From a virus: a DNA stretch of 64,000 nucleotides. Under the pieces are notes generated by a model that was not told the DNA's origin, ran no database searches, and saw only the letters and a program-made list of their open reading frames with translations. Positions 62,971 through 64,000 of the stretch are shown here, piece after piece (position 1 is the first letter of the stretch; every line of letters begins with the position of its first letter). The translations under genes were made by a program, and so were the position numbers. Location of the stretch: IMG/VR virus record IMGVR_UViG_3300043446_003867, positions 1 through 64,000 of that record. One strand, 5' to 3'.

Positions 62971-64000
62971 ATGGCGACCGGCCCCGAGATCAAAACTAAG
63001 ATCACGATCGATGACGCGGCGACTGCAACGCTGAAGGACATTGAGAAGGGCTTTCGCGACGCTGGCAAAGAAGCGGAGAAGACGTCGACCGCCGCGACCG
63101 GATTCATCAAGCAGTTCGCGGCGGTCGCGCTCGGCGTCAACATCGGAAACATCCTCGGCGGCATCAAGTCAGGATTGATGTCCGGCTTCGATGCTGCCGT
63201 GGAGGCCGACAAAGAGTTCCGAAAGCTCACGCAAAGCGTGATCGGGATTCAGCGATACGGGAAGCAGTCTTTCGACTCGCTGCAAGAGCGCGCGACGCTC
63301 GTGAAGAAGGCGATTGAGTCGATCGCGGACGCGTCGCAAATATCGCGTCGCGAGTTGGTCGATGCGTTTAACGACGCGGCGAAGAACACGTCGCTCACTG
63401 ACACGCAGCTTACGAAGCTCATGTCGCGTCTCGCGGATTCCTCTCGCGCGTTGCCTGCGCCGATCAAGGAAACGCTGGCCGGCTTTGAGGAGCTAAACAA
63501 GAACATGATCAGCGCGAGCAATCCGATCGTGCTGATGGTGAAGCAGGCGGGCTTGCTGCGAGGACACAGCGAGCGCATCGCCAAAGAGATGGAGTGGATG
63601 GGGAAGACTCGCCGCATCAAGTATGCGGAAGAGGCGCTGGCCATCCTGCAAGATCGCGCGAAGAAGATCCCGCCGTCGCTTGCTGACATCAGTGCGCGCT
63701 TCGACGATATGAAGACCGACGCGCTGCGGTCGTTTGGAACGCCGTTGCTGCGCGCGTTCCTTCCCGCGTTGGAGGGCGTTTACAAGAAGATGACCGAAGG
63801 GCGCGGCGACATTGAAGCGTACGCGCGCGAACTCGGAATGCAGGTCGGTCAGTGGGTCACGGAGGCGGCGCAGAAGATCAAAGACGGCTTCCAGTACCTT
63901 CGCGAAAACGGCTCGGAGATCAAAAAGAACATCGTTGAGGCGTTCACGAACGCGCGCGACATCTTCACAGGCATCTACAATCGCGCGAAGGAAATCGCGA
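62971..64000 (+). CDS. tape measure protein, 5' part (runs off the window)
   Basis: SD GAGGAG, MATGPEIKTKITIDD..., helical and Ala-rich, no stop in the window. Confidence 0.8.
   Translation, partial: MATGPEIKTKITIDDAATATLKDIEKGFRDAGKEAEKTSTAATGFIKQFAAVALGVNIGNILGGIKSGLMSGFDAAVEADKEFRKLTQSVIGIQRYGKQSFDSLQERATLVKKAIESIADASQISRRELVDAFNDAAKNTSLTDTQLTKLMSRLADSSRALPAPIKETLAGFEELNKNMISASNPIVLMVKQAGLLRGHSERIAKEMEWMGKTRRIKYAEEALAILQDRAKKIPPSLADISARFDDMKTDALRSFGTPLLRAFLPALEGVYKKMTEGRGDIEAYARELGMQVGQWVTEAAQKIKDGFQYLRENGSEIKKNIVEAFTNARDIFTGIYNRAKEIA

Overview
GC-rich tailed dsDNA phage (myovirus-type) segment, almost all on the + strand. 0.1-26 kb holds replication, recombination and nucleotide genes: SF2 helicase, DnaB-like helicase, primase, sigma-like factor, PolB, putative SSB, RecA, SbcCD, dCMP deaminase, Holliday junction resolvase and a ParB + TAGT-type glycosyltransferase pair. 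26.1-38.3 kb holds an array of 17 repeated ~100-bp expression modules. Each has a sigma70-like promoter with an invariant-length, conserved 17-bp G/T-rich spacer, a covarying 5' hairpin and an RBS, and most also have an upstream A-tract/hairpin. Each module drives one or a few small unrelated ORFs. The array is interrupted by envelope/lysis genes and a non-coding block, and ends in a serine recombinase. 39.5-64 kb holds morphogenesis genes: TerL, tail fibre, portal, MuF-like protein, scaffold, capsid, sheath, tube, a chaperone with a -1 frameshift, and a partial tape measure. Behind the capsid gene lie a RelA/SpoT synthetase, a small acidic partner, a modular protein and a C39 peptidase; the three larger proteins share an LxxWAxxxxGxG motif. 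All family calls come from motif recognition by eye, not database searches.
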